A stretch of 64,000 nt of DNA from NCBI GenBank assembly GCA_046733875.1, contig JBKPQB010000006.1, positions 4,137 to 68,136 of the forward strand. The letters are read 5' to 3'. Positions 34,240-44,815 of the stretch are shown in pieces (position 1 is the stretch's first letter; each line of letters begins with the position of its first letter). The translations under genes and the position numbers were made by a program. This DNA comes from Acidobacteriota bacterium. Its GTDB lineage: Bacteria; Acidobacteriota; Vicinamibacteria; Vicinamibacterales; 2-12-FULL-66-21. Below the pieces are notes generated by a model. The model was not told the origin of the DNA, did no database searches, and saw only the letters and a list, made by a program, of their open reading frames with translations.

Positions 34240-35337
34240 CTACTGAATCTTCTTCAGCTCGCCCTGATACGTCACCGTCTGGCCTGACGTGATCAGCACA
34301 TCGAATTCAGCGGTCTGATATCCGTCGGCCTTCACTTCGATGTGATGTCTGCCCCCGGTGAGGCTCAGCTTCTGGAACACGCCGTCGAAGCTGTCCACGA
34401 CACCGGCGCGGTAGCCGTCGACGAACACCTGCGCCTCGCGCGGCTTCACCTTCAGCCGGATCGACCCTTCGTCATCGGTACCGTACTGACCGCCGGAGCC
34501 ACCGCCGCCGTACCCAAACGGCGCGCCGTACCCGCCGCCGTACCCGTACCCGCCGCCGTATCCGTAGCCGCCGTACCCGTAGCCGCCGTACCCGAGACCG
34601 CCGTACCACGGGTCGTACCACTGATCGTAGTAGCCCAACCCGAGTCCGAGGCCGAATCCGTACCCGGGGTATCCGAACCCGTAATAAGGATAGTAGGGTC
34701 GGCCAATGATGATCGTCCCGCCATTTCCGGGTGGTAACGTCGTGCGGTCCACAGCGGTGCCGGTCACCGGATGATCGCCGCGCGGGCGGCTCCACGATGG
34801 AACGGCGCGGTCGCGACTTCTGTCCGCACCCTCACGAGTGGCGGATGGCGTGCTTGCCGCGGCGTTGCCGCCGGAGTGTCCTGCGGGCGCAGCGGACTCG
34901 GTCGATCCGGTCGAACCAGCGCTGGGCGATGAACCGCGCGGAGCGGCGCGCTCGCCGCCCGAGTGCTGATCACCGGAGGCATGCTGGCCGCCTGCAGCGC
35001 GTTGCCCACTGCCGCCGCCACCGCGGCGCTGTGGTTCGGCAGGCATGGCGGCGCCGGCGAAACGGGGGGAGAACGCAGCGCCCGCAGACGGAGATGTGTT
35101 CACAGCGGAGCTGTCTCCCGTTGAAACCGAGGACCCGGCTCCGGCGCTCGTCCCGGACGGGCTGCTCGCCGCCGAACCTCCGCCCGAGTTTGCGGTCGCT
35201 GCGGGACGTTCCACGGCTGTCTCACGGTTTCCGCCCGGAGACCCGCCTCCGCGGGGAGATTGGCCGGCCGACACTGGAGATGATGCCAGCGCGGCTGCGG
35301 CCGCGAAGATCCCAAGTTTCAATTGAAAGCGTCTCAT
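34240..35337 (-). CDS. Secreted PEGA-domain protein with Ser/Gly/Ala-rich and Gly/Tyr-rich low-complexity regions (start moved to MRRFQLKLG)
   Basis: Signal peptide MRRFQLKLGIFAAAAALASSPVSA. C-terminal IRLKVKPREAQVFVDGYRAGV...HHIEVKADGYQTAEFDV matches a PEGA fold. Confidence 0.75.
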   Translation of the reverse strand: MRRFQLKLGIFAAAAALASSPVSAGQSPRGGGSPGGNRETAVERPAATANSGGGSAASSPSGTSAGAGSSVSTGDSSAVNTSPSAGAAFSPRFAGAAMPAEPQRRGGGGSGQRAAGGQHASGDQHSGGERAAPRGSSPSAGSTGSTESAAPAGHSGGNAAASTPSATREGADRSRDRAVPSWSRPRGDHPVTGTAVDRTTLPPGNGGTIIIGRPYYPYYGFGYPGYGFGLGLGLGYYDQWYDPWYGGLGYGGYGYGGYGYGGGYGYGGGYGAPFGYGGGGSGGQYGTDDEGSIRLKVKPREAQVFVDGYRAGVVDSFDGVFQKLSLTGGRHHIEVKADGYQTAEFDVLITSGQTVTYQGELKKIQ

Positions 35338-35625
35338 GATGCGCCCCCGTCGACGCGACCTCGGACGCGGTCCTCGAAGGACCGCGCCACATGCGCTCAA
35401 GGGGTCCTGTTAGGGCCGCCTCGACACCGCGGCAACAGCTATTGTGCAACAGATCTGCCACACACGTGGGGCTGATTTGCACGGGGACGCGCGGGATCCC
35501 GTATCGATCCTGTCCTATCCCGAGTCCAGCCCGTCCGGCATTTATGACAGCGTGATGGGCGCAGCCGGAGCCGCGATCAAGGATGCTACACTCGGCTTTT
35601 GGGTCCGATCTCGCGCGCCACGACC

Positions 35626-36153
35626 ATGCTTCACGCTACAACAGTGCTCGCGGTCCGTCACGGCGACCGCGCCGTGATGGCCAGCGACGGTCAGGTCACC
35701 TTCGGCGACACGGTCGTGAAACAGACGGCGCGCAAGATCCGTCGGCTGTACAACGATCGCGTGCTGGCGGGATTCGCCGGCTCCGCAGCCGATTCCTTCG
35801 CGCTCTTTTCGCGGTTCGAAGCGAAGCTGGAGCAGTACCGCGGCAATCTCGAGCGCTCCGCCGTCGAGCTCGCGAAGGACTGGCGTACCGATCGCCTGCT
35901 GCGCCGGCTCGAAGCGATGCTGATCGTCATGGACGCTCGCGCGACGTATCTGCTCTCGGGCAATGGCGATTTGATCGAGCCTGACGATGGGATTGTGGCG
36001 ATCGGATCGGGCGGCGCGTACGCGCTTGCCGCGGCCAAGGCGCTGGCGCGCCACACCACGCTCGATGCGCGCGCCATCGCCGAGCAGGCGATGCAGATCG
36101 CCGCGGCGATCTGCATCTACACGAACGATTCGCTCACGATAGAAGCCTTGTAG
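35626..36153 (+). CDS. hslV: ATP-dependent protease subunit HslV
   Basis: [58 protein letters not shown] is collinear with canonical HslV, including the N-terminal Thr nucleophile. Confidence 0.93.
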   Translation: MLHATTVLAVRHGDRAVMASDGQVTFGDTVVKQTARKIRRLYNDRVLAGFAGSAADSFALFSRFEAKLEQYRGNLERSAVELAKDWRTDRLLRRLEAMLIVMDARATYLLSGNGDLIEPDDGIVAIGSGGAYALAAAKALARHTTLDARAIAEQAMQIAAAICIYTNDSLTIEAL

Positions 36154-36159
36154 TTCCTC

Positions 36160-37542
36160 ATGCCGATTTATCTGCCGGAAACCACCACGTCCACGATCCA
36201 GTCGCTCACGCCGCGCGAGATCGTCTCCGAGCTGGACAAGTATGTCGTCGGTCAGCACCAGGCCAAGCGCGCGGTCGCCATCGCGCTGCGCAACCGCATG
36301 CGCCGCCGCAGGCTGGCACCGGAGATGGCCGAGGAAGTCGCGCCGAAGAACATCCTGATGATCGGGCCAACCGGCGTCGGCAAGACGGAGATCGCGAGAC
36401 GGCTGGCGAAGCTCGCACAGTCGCCGTTCCTCAAAGTCGAAGCGTCGAAGTTCACGGAGGTCGGCTACGTCGGGCGAGACGTCGAGTCGATGATCCGCGA
36501 CATTACGGAAATTGCCGTCGACCTCGTCCGCGAGGAGCGCCGCGCCGAGGTCAGCGAGAAGGCGCGGGCGTCGGCCGAGGAGCGGCTGCTCGATCTGCTC
36601 CTGCCGCCATTGCCGCCGGCCGCGGAGTACGATGAGCAGGCCACGTCGGTGCGCGAGCAGGCGCAGCGTACCCGTGAGAAGCTCCGCGAGCAGCTTCGCG
36701 AGGGCCGCCTCGATCACAAGCAGGTCGAGATCGACGTCCGCGAGAAGTCGTTTCCGTCGTTCGAAATCATCGCGGGGTCGTCGGTCGAGGAAGTCGACAT
36801 CAACGTGAAGGACATGCTGCCCGGCCTGTTTCAGGGGCGTACCCGCAAGCGGCGCGTCCGAGTACCGGAAGCGATCGAGGCGCTGACGCAGGAAGAAGAG
36901 CAGAAACTCGTCGACATGGACAGCGTCGCGCGCGCGGCGGTCGAGCGCGTGCAGGAGTCCGGGATCATCTTCATCGACGAGATCGACAAGGTGGCTGGAC
37001 GCGAGGGCGGGCACGGACCCGACGTCAGCCGCGAAGGTGTCCAGCGCGACATTCTGCCGATCGTCGAAGGCACGACGGTCAACACGAAGTACGGGATGGT
37101 GCGGACGGATCACATTCTGTTCGTCGCTGCCGGCGCGTTCCACGTCTCGAAGCCGTCGGATCTGATTCCCGAGCTCCAGGGGCGCTTTCCGATTCGCGTG
37201 GAGCTCGAGCCGCTCGGCCGTGACGATTTCATCCGGATCCTCACCGAGCCGAAGAACGCGCTCGTGCGCCAGTACATGGCGCTGCTTGCGACGGAGGGCG
37301 TGACCCTGGTGTTCACGCAGGACGCCATCGACCGCCTCGCCGACGTCGCGACGCTCGTGAACGAGCGCACCGAGAACATTGGCGCGCGCCGCCTGCACAC
37401 CGTCATGGAGAAGCTGTTGGATCAGATTTCGTTCGACGCGCCGGATCTCGCCGAGAAGGCCATCACGATCGACGCTGCGTACGTCGACCGCATGCTGAAT
37501 GAGATTGCCCGCAACGAAGATTTGTCGCGATACATCCTCTAG
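36160..37542 (+). CDS. hslU: ATP-dependent protease ATPase subunit HslU
   Basis: [31 protein letters not shown]. Walker [16 protein letters not shown]. Walker [10 protein letters not shown]. Confidence 0.96.
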   Translation: MPIYLPETTTSTIQSLTPREIVSELDKYVVGQHQAKRAVAIALRNRMRRRRLAPEMAEEVAPKNILMIGPTGVGKTEIARRLAKLAQSPFLKVEASKFTEVGYVGRDVESMIRDITEIAVDLVREERRAEVSEKARASAEERLLDLLLPPLPPAAEYDEQATSVREQAQRTREKLREQLREGRLDHKQVEIDVREKSFPSFEIIAGSSVEEVDINVKDMLPGLFQGRTRKRRVRVPEAIEALTQEEEQKLVDMDSVARAAVERVQESGIIFIDEIDKVAGREGGHGPDVSREGVQRDILPIVEGTTVNTKYGMVRTDHILFVAAGAFHVSKPSDLIPELQGRFPIRVELEPLGRDDFIRILTEPKNALVRQYMALLATEGVTLVFTQDAIDRLADVATLVNERTENIGARRLHTVMEKLLDQISFDAPDLAEKAITIDAAYVDRMLNEIARNEDLSRYIL

Positions 37543-38983
37543 CGTCCTGCTGGTTGCGGCGCTGTTGCTGACGTTCGCCTGCGGCAAGAAGGGGCCGCCG
37601 CTCGCGCCGTTGACGCTTGTCCCTGATGCCGCCGGTGGCGTCGCCGCGCGGCGGATCGGATCGACGGTGTACCTGCAGATGCTGGCGCCCGCGAAGAACG
37701 CGAACGGCCCCGGCGTCGTCGCGCTGGATCACCTCGAGGTGTTCGCGGTGACGGTGCCCGCAGGGATGCTCGCGCCGCCGAATCGCGATTTGCTCACCAC
37801 GTCGCATCTGGTCGGCCAGATCGCGATCAAGCCGCCGCCGTCAGACGATGAGACGGCGGACTCGGAATCGGCGACGGAGGATCCGCGGCCCGCGCCCGGC
37901 GATCGGGTAACGTTCGTCGAGCCGCTGACCGAGAAGCAGCTGCAGCCGACACCCGACGTGAAGTTCCAGCCGATCCCCGCGGCTGCAGCTCCCGCTGCAG
38001 GAAAGCCAGCAACTCCAGCGGCCGCGCCGCCCTCGACGCAAAGCGCGCCACCTACGGAGGCGCCCGTGCCGACACCTGCTGCTCCCGTCGAAGCGGCTGC
38101 GCCGCCTCCGGGCAGTGCCCCGTCCCAGACACCAGCGGAGCCATCGGCGACCGCAGCGCAGGCCGCTGCGCTGCCTGCACCGCCAGCGGTGGCGGCGCAG
38201 GCACCAGCAGCTGCCGCCGCAGCGGCGCTGCTCGCCTCCTCGTCCCCGACGCATCCGGTACGCGTCTATATCGTCCGCGGCGTGACGCGGAAGGGACGGC
38301 CTGGTCAGCCATCGCCGCGCGTGGTCGTGCCGCTCGTCGATCCGCCGCCCGCGCCAGGAGGGGGATCGGTTGCATTCTCCGAATCCGCCGTGACCGTGAC
38401 GTGGATCCCTCCCGTCGCGGATCCGGGCGCGGCAGCGCCGCTCAAGTTCAATGTGTATCCAGCGGCCGCGCCGAAAGCCGCCGCGAGTCCCGCGCCCGCG
38501 CAACCGGCAACGCAGCCCGCCGCGCCGGTGCCGCTCAACCCGGAACCGATTGCGGAAGCGCGTCTGGAGCATTCCGGCGCGCAGCCGGGAGTGGAGCAAT
38601 GCTTCGTCGTCCGCACCGTGAAGAAGGTGGAAGACGCCACGCTCGAGAGCGAGCCGTCGAAGCCGCTCTGCGTGACGCCGAAGGATATCTTCCCGCCGGC
38701 CGCACCAAAGGGACTCGCGATCGTCGCCATGGATGGGGGGGTGATGAACCTGATCTGGGATGCGAACACGGAACCGGACCTTGCCGGCTACGTGGTCTTG
38801 CGCGGCGAGGCGCCCGGTGACACACTTCAACCACTGACGCCGCAGCCGATCGGCGAGACGCGCTACACCGACGCGACCGTGAAACCCGGCGTGCGCTACG
38901 TCTACGCGATCGTCGCGGTCGACCGGGCCGTGCCTCCGAACCGGAGCGCTCCGTCCGGGCGCGTGGAGGAAACCGCGCGCTGA
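37499..38983 (+). CDS. Hypothetical lipoprotein with a long Pro/Ala-rich linker and a C-terminal beta-rich (FN3-like) region
   Basis: ATG at 37499 overlaps hslU by 44 nt. Signal/lipobox-like [22 protein letters not shown]. About 95-aa PA-rich tract. C-terminal [28 protein letters not shown]. Confidence 0.6.
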   Translation: MRLPATKICRDTSSSVLLVAALLLTFACGKKGPPLAPLTLVPDAAGGVAARRIGSTVYLQMLAPAKNANGPGVVALDHLEVFAVTVPAGMLAPPNRDLLTTSHLVGQIAIKPPPSDDETADSESATEDPRPAPGDRVTFVEPLTEKQLQPTPDVKFQPIPAAAAPAAGKPATPAAAPPSTQSAPPTEAPVPTPAAPVEAAAPPPGSAPSQTPAEPSATAAQAAALPAPPAVAAQAPAAAAAAALLASSSPTHPVRVYIVRGVTRKGRPGQPSPRVVVPLVDPPPAPGGGSVAFSESAVTVTWIPPVADPGAAAPLKFNVYPAAAPKAAASPAPAQPATQPAAPVPLNPEPIAEARLEHSGAQPGVEQCFVVRTVKKVEDATLESEPSKPLCVTPKDIFPPAAPKGLAIVAMDGGVMNLIWDANTEPDLAGYVVLRGEAPGDTLQPLTPQPIGETRYTDATVKPGVRYVYAIVAVDRAVPPNRSAPSGRVEETAR

Positions 38984-39035
38984 CGCCGCGAGCCGCGGGT
39001 TCACGCGGAGGACGCGGACTTTTTGGGAGTTTGCC

Positions 39036-39695
39036 ATGAAGCTGTTCATCGATTCAGGTAGTCTGAAAGACATCGAAGCACTCGTGCCGATCGGGATTAT
39101 CGACGGCATCACGACCAACCCGTCACTGCTGGCAAAGGAAGGCGGGGACTACCGCGCCATCCTGAAGAAGATCTGCCAGACCGTGAAGGGCCCGACGAGC
39201 GCCGAGGTCACCGCCACCGACACGGAGGGCATGCTGCGGCAGGGGCGTGATCTCGCATCGATCGACGACTTCATCGTCGTCAAGACCCCCTTTACGCGCG
39301 ACGGCGTGAAGGCGTGCAAGATGCTCCGCTCGGAAGGCATCAAGGTGAACATGACGCTCGTGTTCTCGCCGTCGCAGGCGCTGATCACGGCGAAGGTCGG
39401 CGCCAATTACGTCAGCCCCTTCGTCGGCCGGCTCGATGACATCGCCACGCCGGGGATGCAGCTCGTCTCGGAGATCGTCGAGATCTATCAGCAGTACGAC
39501 TTCACGACCGAGATCCTCGTCGCCAGCACGCGGTCGCCGATGCACATCGTCGAGGCGGCGCGGCTGGGCGCGGACATCTGCACCTGTCCGCCGGCCGTCA
39601 TCGATTCGCTGTTCAAGCATCCGCTGACCGACATCGGATTGGAGAAGTTCCTCAAGGACTGGGAAAAGGCGCAGGCTGTCGCAGGCGCCCGATAG
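39036..39695 (+). CDS. fsa: Fructose-6-phosphate aldolase / short transaldolase family
   Basis: 219 aa. MKLFIDSGSLKDIE..GIIDGITTNPSL, VVKTP (Schiff-base Lys context), NMTLVFS. Confidence 0.9.
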   Translation: MKLFIDSGSLKDIEALVPIGIIDGITTNPSLLAKEGGDYRAILKKICQTVKGPTSAEVTATDTEGMLRQGRDLASIDDFIVVKTPFTRDGVKACKMLRSEGIKVNMTLVFSPSQALITAKVGANYVSPFVGRLDDIATPGMQLVSEIVEIYQQYDFTTEILVASTRSPMHIVEAARLGADICTCPPAVIDSLFKHPLTDIGLEKFLKDWEKAQAVAGAR

Positions 39696-39723
39696 TACCG
39701 CCCGGCGATCGGCCGGGCCTTGA

Positions 39724-41265
39724 ATGGATCCGCTCACACATCTCGAAGACCTCGAACGGCGCGCCGGAGTCGGGGGCGGCGAAGACCGCCTCCGCCGCCA
39801 GCATGAAGCGGGCAAGCTGACCGCCCGTGAACGCGTCGATCTTCTTTTCGACCCCGGCACATTCCAGGAACTGGACAAGCTCGTCACGCATCGCTGCCGC
39901 GATTTCGGGATGGAGGAGCAGCTCATTCCCGGCGACGGCGTGGTGTCCGGCCACGGCCGCGTCGAGGGCCGGCCCGTTTACGCCTTCGCGCAGGACTTCA
40001 CGGTCTTCGGCGGCTCGCTGTCGGAGACCAACGCCGCGAAGATCGTGAAGATCATGGATCTGGCGATGAAGATGGGCGCGCCGGTCGTCGGGCTGAACGA
40101 TTCGGGCGGCGCGCGCATCCAGGAAGGCGTCGTGTCGCTCGGCGGCTACGCGGACATCTTTCTTCGCAACACGCTCGCGTCCGGCGTCATACCGCAGATC
40201 TCCGCGATCATGGGGCCGTGCGCCGGCGGGGCGGTGTATTCGCCGGCCATCACGGATTTCAACGTCATGGTCGAGGGCACGAGCTACATGTTCGTGACCG
40301 GGCCCGACGTGATCCGCACGGTGACGCACGAGGACGTCACGAAGGACGAGCTCGGCGGGGCGATGACGCACAACGCGACGAGCGGCGTCGCCCACTTCGC
40401 CGTCGCCGACGATCGTGAGTGCCTGCAGCTCATTCGCGAGCTGCTCGGCTACCTGCCGTCGAACAACATCGACGAAGCGCCCCGCGCGGCGACATCCGAT
40501 CCGCTCGATCGCGAGGACGAGGCGCTCGATCGCCTGGTGCCCGAGTCGCCGAACCAGCCGTATGACATGCTGGATCTGATCCACGCCGTCGCTGATGACG
40601 GCGTGTTCCTCGAAGTGCACCGTCACTTCGCAAAGAACCTGATCGTAGGGTTCGGTCGGCTTGGCGGACGCTCGGTCGGGTTCGTCGCAAACCAGCCGGC
40701 GCACCTCGCGGGCACGCTCGACATCGACGCCTCCGTCAAGGGCGCGCGGTTCGTGCGGTTCTGCGACGCGTTCAACATCCCGCTCGTCACGTTCGAAGAT
40801 GTGCCCGGTTTCCTGCCTGGCACCCGCCAGGAGTACGGCGGGATCATCCGGCACGGCGCGAAGCTGCTGTTCGCGTTCGCTGAAGCTACGGTCCCCAAAG
40901 TGACCGTCATCACGCGCAAGGCGTACGGCGGCGCGTACTGCGTCATGGCAAGCAAGCACATTCGTACCGACATGAACTTCGCGTGGCCGACGGCCGAGAT
41001 CGCGGTGATGGGTCCCGAAGGCGCCGTGAACATTCTGTACAGGCGCGAGCTCGAGAAGGCGGAGGATCCCGCCGGCGTGCGGGCTGCGCGCGTCGCGGAG
41101 TTCCGCGAGAAGTTCGCGAATCCATACGTCGCCGCCGATCGCGGCTTCGTGGACGAGGTGATTCGGCCGCGTCAGACCCGTGCCAAGCTCATAGAGGCGC
41201 TCGCTGCGCTCGAGACGAAGCGCGATCGAAACCCGCCGAAGAAGCACGGGAATATTCCGTTGTAA
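39724..41265 (+). CDS. Acyl-CoA carboxylase carboxyltransferase subunit (propionyl-/methylmalonyl-CoA type)
   Basis: 513 aa. [54 protein letters not shown]. Confidence 0.92.
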   Translation: MDPLTHLEDLERRAGVGGGEDRLRRQHEAGKLTARERVDLLFDPGTFQELDKLVTHRCRDFGMEEQLIPGDGVVSGHGRVEGRPVYAFAQDFTVFGGSLSETNAAKIVKIMDLAMKMGAPVVGLNDSGGARIQEGVVSLGGYADIFLRNTLASGVIPQISAIMGPCAGGAVYSPAITDFNVMVEGTSYMFVTGPDVIRTVTHEDVTKDELGGAMTHNATSGVAHFAVADDRECLQLIRELLGYLPSNNIDEAPRAATSDPLDREDEALDRLVPESPNQPYDMLDLIHAVADDGVFLEVHRHFAKNLIVGFGRLGGRSVGFVANQPAHLAGTLDIDASVKGARFVRFCDAFNIPLVTFEDVPGFLPGTRQEYGGIIRHGAKLLFAFAEATVPKVTVITRKAYGGAYCVMASKHIRTDMNFAWPTAEIAVMGPEGAVNILYRRELEKAEDPAGVRAARVAEFREKFANPYVAADRGFVDEVIRPRQTRAKLIEALAALETKRDRNPPKKHGNIPL

Positions 41266-41330
41266 GGGTGCGCGGAGCGTTCCGAACTGTGCTCGTCAGT
41301 TATCCCTGCACACCCCTGCATCGATCCGAC

Positions 41331-42545
41331 TCACGCGCTCGCGATCTGGTGAAAAGTCGCGATCGCGCTCCAGACACCGAGACCGATCCCGCGCGCCATC
41401 TGATGCAGTTCGACCATGTTGTGCGCGAGGAAGATCAGCACCGAGCGGTCATTCGGATCAGCCTGCCACCAACCGCCGTACGCCCCCGGCCAGCCGATCG
41501 TGCCGACGCCGCCGCGGCACCGTAGCGGATCGGCCTTCTCCGGTTCCATAACAACCGCCACGCCCATGCCGTAGCCATGTCCCGCGGCGAAGAGAGGCTG
41601 TCCAAACATGCGCGCGGTGGCGCGTTGTTCCGGCGTCAGCTGATTCGACGTCATCATGGTGCGCGTCTCCGGGCGCAGGAGTTCCGCGCCGGTCCCGGAA
41701 TCAGCGATCAGCATGCGGGCGAACGCAAGATAGTCATCGAGCGTCGACCAGAGGCCTTGGCCGCCTGACTCGAATGTCATGCCGTCCGGCCGTTGCGCGA
41801 GGGCTTGACGGCCGGGCGCCGTCGACAGCGCCGCCAAACGCCCCTCACCATCGAAGCCACACAGGCCAGCGCAGCGACCTTGCTTCTGTAGCGGGACGGC
41901 GAAGCCGGTATCACGCATTCCGAGCGGAGCAAGCACTCGTCGATCCAGCACCGCGCTCAAGGGTGCGCCGTCGAGGCGCGCGATGAGGAATCCGAGCAGG
42001 TCGGTCGAGTGGCCGTAATGAAAGCCGGCGCCTGGATGATCGATCAGCGGCAACGTCGCGAGGCGTGCGATCCATGCGTCCGGCGTGAGCGGGTTGTCGA
42101 TCGTCGCGCCGAGCGTCTCCGCATGGGCGCGCCCGATTGGGCCGCGATGAAAGTCGCCATACGTCAGACCGGATCGATGCGTCAACAGATCGCGGAACGT
42201 GATCGGCCGCAGTGCCTCGTCGGTCTCATCGAGTGGACCATTCGGGTCGCGCAGCACGCGCATATGTGCCAGTTCAGGTGCGCACTGCGTGATTGGTTCG
42301 TCGAGATCGAAACGACCCTCGTCGAGCAGCACCAACGCCGCAACGCTGGTGACCGGCTTCGCCAGCGACGCGATACGGAAGATCGTGTCGCGTTCCACGG
42401 GCAGCCCGGACACAAGGTCCCGCCGCCCGACCGTCGCGATCTGACGGACCGCTCCGTTTCGCCAGACCAGCGCAGCCGCCCCGGCGAGTTCTCGGGCCTC
42501 GACTCGCGACAGGAGCGCGTCCTCTATCGGATTCTTCGCAGTCAT
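41331..42545 (-). CDS. Serine hydrolase, beta-lactamase (class C / esterase) family
   Basis: 404 aa. S-x-x-K nucleophile motif in FRIASLAKPVTS. LLTHRSGL block. YGHS region. Confidence 0.85.
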   Translation of the reverse strand: MTAKNPIEDALLSRVEARELAGAAALVWRNGAVRQIATVGRRDLVSGLPVERDTIFRIASLAKPVTSVAALVLLDEGRFDLDEPITQCAPELAHMRVLRDPNGPLDETDEALRPITFRDLLTHRSGLTYGDFHRGPIGRAHAETLGATIDNPLTPDAWIARLATLPLIDHPGAGFHYGHSTDLLGFLIARLDGAPLSAVLDRRVLAPLGMRDTGFAVPLQKQGRCAGLCGFDGEGRLAALSTAPGRQALAQRPDGMTFESGGQGLWSTLDDYLAFARMLIADSGTGAELLRPETRTMMTSNQLTPEQRATARMFGQPLFAAGHGYGMGVAVVMEPEKADPLRCRGGVGTIGWPGAYGGWWQADPNDRSVLIFLAHNMVELHQMARGIGLGVWSAIATFHQIASA

Positions 42546-42584
42546 CAGTCGGTCCTCATGTCCAAAGCTTATCGTATTGAGATT

Positions 42585-42607
42585 ATAAAATAAATGTACT
42601 ATTTTAT
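42585..42607. promoter_or_regulatory. Candidate TetR operator: ATAAAAT-N9-ATTTTAT in the divergent AT-rich spacer
   Basis: 7-bp inverted repeat within the most AT-rich stretch I saw in the window, between the hydrolase start (42545) and the tetR ATG (42627). Confidence 0.3.
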
Positions 42608-42626
42608 CGTCGTGGCAAGTGAAAAA

Positions 42627-43247
42627 ATGGGATCAACCCGTGGGAAGCCGAAGGGGGACAAGCGGCAACGAACGCGAGCCGCGTTGCTCGAGGCCGCGCG
42701 CGCACTCGTGCGCGAGACAGGGTACGAGCGGACGACGCTCGAGAAGGTGGCCAAGCGGGCCGGCATGACGACTGGCGCGATCTACGGCAACTTCAAGAAC
42801 CGCGACGAGCTGTTCATCGCCCTGGGTCAGACATACTGGGCGCCGATCGCGCCCAGGGTCCCACCGGGCGCGACATTCGCCGAGGCGATGCACGCACTTG
42901 CGAAGGCAACGCTCGCTGCCGTCGACGACCGCGCCCCCGCTGCGATCGGCCGGCTGACGGGACTTGCCTACACGCTGAAGAATGCTGAACTGCGTTCACG
43001 GGTGGTCGAGATCACGAAGAGCAGCTACGAGTTCGGTGCCGAGTGGCTGCGCGCGTTCGAGCCGAGTGATCTTCCGATGCCGCCAGACAATCTCGTGCGG
43101 GTGATCCATGCCCTGATCGAGGGACTGGTGATGCAGCGTATCCTCACGCCGGAGTTGTGTCCCGACGAGGTGTTCTACGCGGCGTTCGCCGCATTGGCGG
43201 GGCCTGAAGCCAGGAGAGTGACCGAACCCGAGCGTCCGAACCCGTGA
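42627..43247 (+). CDS. TetR family transcriptional regulator (start moved to MGSTRGKP)
   Basis: HTH RTTLEKVAKRAGMTTGAIYGNFKNRDELF. Divergent from the hydrolase gene. Confidence 0.85.
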   Translation: MGSTRGKPKGDKRQRTRAALLEAARALVRETGYERTTLEKVAKRAGMTTGAIYGNFKNRDELFIALGQTYWAPIAPRVPPGATFAEAMHALAKATLAAVDDRAPAAIGRLTGLAYTLKNAELRSRVVEITKSSYEFGAEWLRAFEPSDLPMPPDNLVRVIHALIEGLVMQRILTPELCPDEVFYAAFAALAGPEARRVTEPERPNP

Positions 43248-43276
43248 ACCCTTCGAACCCCGATACAATGTCGCCA

Positions 43277-44815
43277 ATGAAGATCCTCGTCGCGAATCGC
43301 GGCGAAATTGCTGTACGGATCATCCGCGCCTGCCGCGAGCTCGACCTCGGGACCGTCGCCGTGTACTCCGACTGCGACCGCGGCGCACGGCATGTGCGAG
43401 ACGCCGATCAGGCCGTCCATATCGGCCCGAGCCCCGCGACCGAGAGTTACCTGCGCATCGATCGTCTGATCGACGCTGCGCGAAAAACGGGTGCCACGGC
43501 CGTCCATCCCGGGTACGGCTTTCTCGCTGAGAACGCCGCGTTTGCCCGCGCCTGCCGCGACGCCGGCCTGACCTTCATTGGACCGTCCCCCGACGCGATT
43601 GCGCTCATGGGTAGCAAGACTGCGGCTCGCGCCGTTGCTATCGCCGCAGGCGTACCGGTCGTGCCGGGCACGGAACAGCCGTTCGACCCGACCGCGTCAG
43701 ACGATCACATCGCGCAGCAAGCCGATCACATCGGCTATCCGCTGCTGGTCAAGGCTGTCGCGGGTGGCGGCGGAAAGGGCATGCGCAGCGTGGAACGCCG
43801 CGAGGATCTGTCGTCCGCCATCCGTGCCGCTCGATCCGAAGCCGGGGCGGCCTTCGGCGACAGCGCGGTCTATCTCGAACGGCGTCTCGATCGCCCGCGG
43901 CACATCGAGGTCCAGCTGCTCGCGGATGAATACGGGACGATCGTGCCGTTCGTCGAACGCGAGTGCTCGATTCAGCGCCGCCACCAGAAGGTCGTGGAGG
44001 AATCTCCGTCCCCTGTCGTGGATCCGCGGCTGCGGCGGCGGATTGCCGATGCGGCGGCCGCGGTCGCCGAGCGCGCGGAGTACACCAACGCGGGCACTAT
44101 CGAGTTCCTGCTCGACGCGGACGGGGCATTCTATTTCCTCGAGATGAACACGCGACTCCAGGTGGAGCATCCCGTCACCGAGATGGTGACGAGCCTCGAC
44201 CTCGTGCACTGGCAGATCCGGATCGCCCGCGGCGAGCGGCTGACGATCGACCCGGAGCGCGCGCTGACGCCTATCGGCCACGCGATCGAGTGCCGCATCT
44301 ACGCGGAAGATCCGGACGAAGGGTTCCTGCCGTCGCCGGGTCTCGTGCGCGGTCTTCGCGCGCCGGGCGGCCCTGGCGTCCGGAACGACGGCGGCGTCGC
44401 CGCAGGTTTCACGGTCCCCGTGCACTACGATTCGATGATCGCGAAGCTCATCGCGTGGGCGGAAGCACGCCCCGACGCCATCGCGCGAATGGCGCGGGCG
44501 CTCAGCGAATACGAAGTGCTCGGCATCAGGACGACGATCCCGTTCTTCCTCTGGCTGATGCAGCAGCCTGAGTTCGTGACCGCGCGATTCGACACGACAT
44601 ATCTCGATCGCGTGCTCGAATCGCGCAACGGCGTGTCGTTCAGCGCCCTCTCCGACGAGGAGGAACGGCGCCTCGCGGCGGCCGCCGCGATTGACGCGTG
44701 GATGAAGGCGAGAACCGCGACCCCGGCCAGCGGCACCCGTTCGTCCGGATCGCTGAACGCCTGGACGCGTACGGCCCGCCAGGAGGCGCTCCACGCCATG
44801 CCGTCCACCCGATGA
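43277..44815 (+). CDS. accC: Biotin carboxylase subunit of an acyl-CoA carboxylase
   Basis: MKILVANRGEIAVRIIRA, the AGGGGKGMR ATP-grasp loop, FLEMNTRLQVEHPVTE. Confidence 0.9.
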   Translation: MKILVANRGEIAVRIIRACRELDLGTVAVYSDCDRGARHVRDADQAVHIGPSPATESYLRIDRLIDAARKTGATAVHPGYGFLAENAAFARACRDAGLTFIGPSPDAIALMGSKTAARAVAIAAGVPVVPGTEQPFDPTASDDHIAQQADHIGYPLLVKAVAGGGGKGMRSVERREDLSSAIRAARSEAGAAFGDSAVYLERRLDRPRHIEVQLLADEYGTIVPFVERECSIQRRHQKVVEESPSPVVDPRLRRRIADAAAAVAERAEYTNAGTIEFLLDADGAFYFLEMNTRLQVEHPVTEMVTSLDLVHWQIRIARGERLTIDPERALTPIGHAIECRIYAEDPDEGFLPSPGLVRGLRAPGGPGVRNDGGVAAGFTVPVHYDSMIAKLIAWAEARPDAIARMARALSEYEVLGIRTTIPFFLWLMQQPEFVTARFDTTYLDRVLESRNGVSFSALSDEEERRLAAAAAIDAWMKARTATPASGTRSSGSLNAWTRTARQEALHAMPSTR

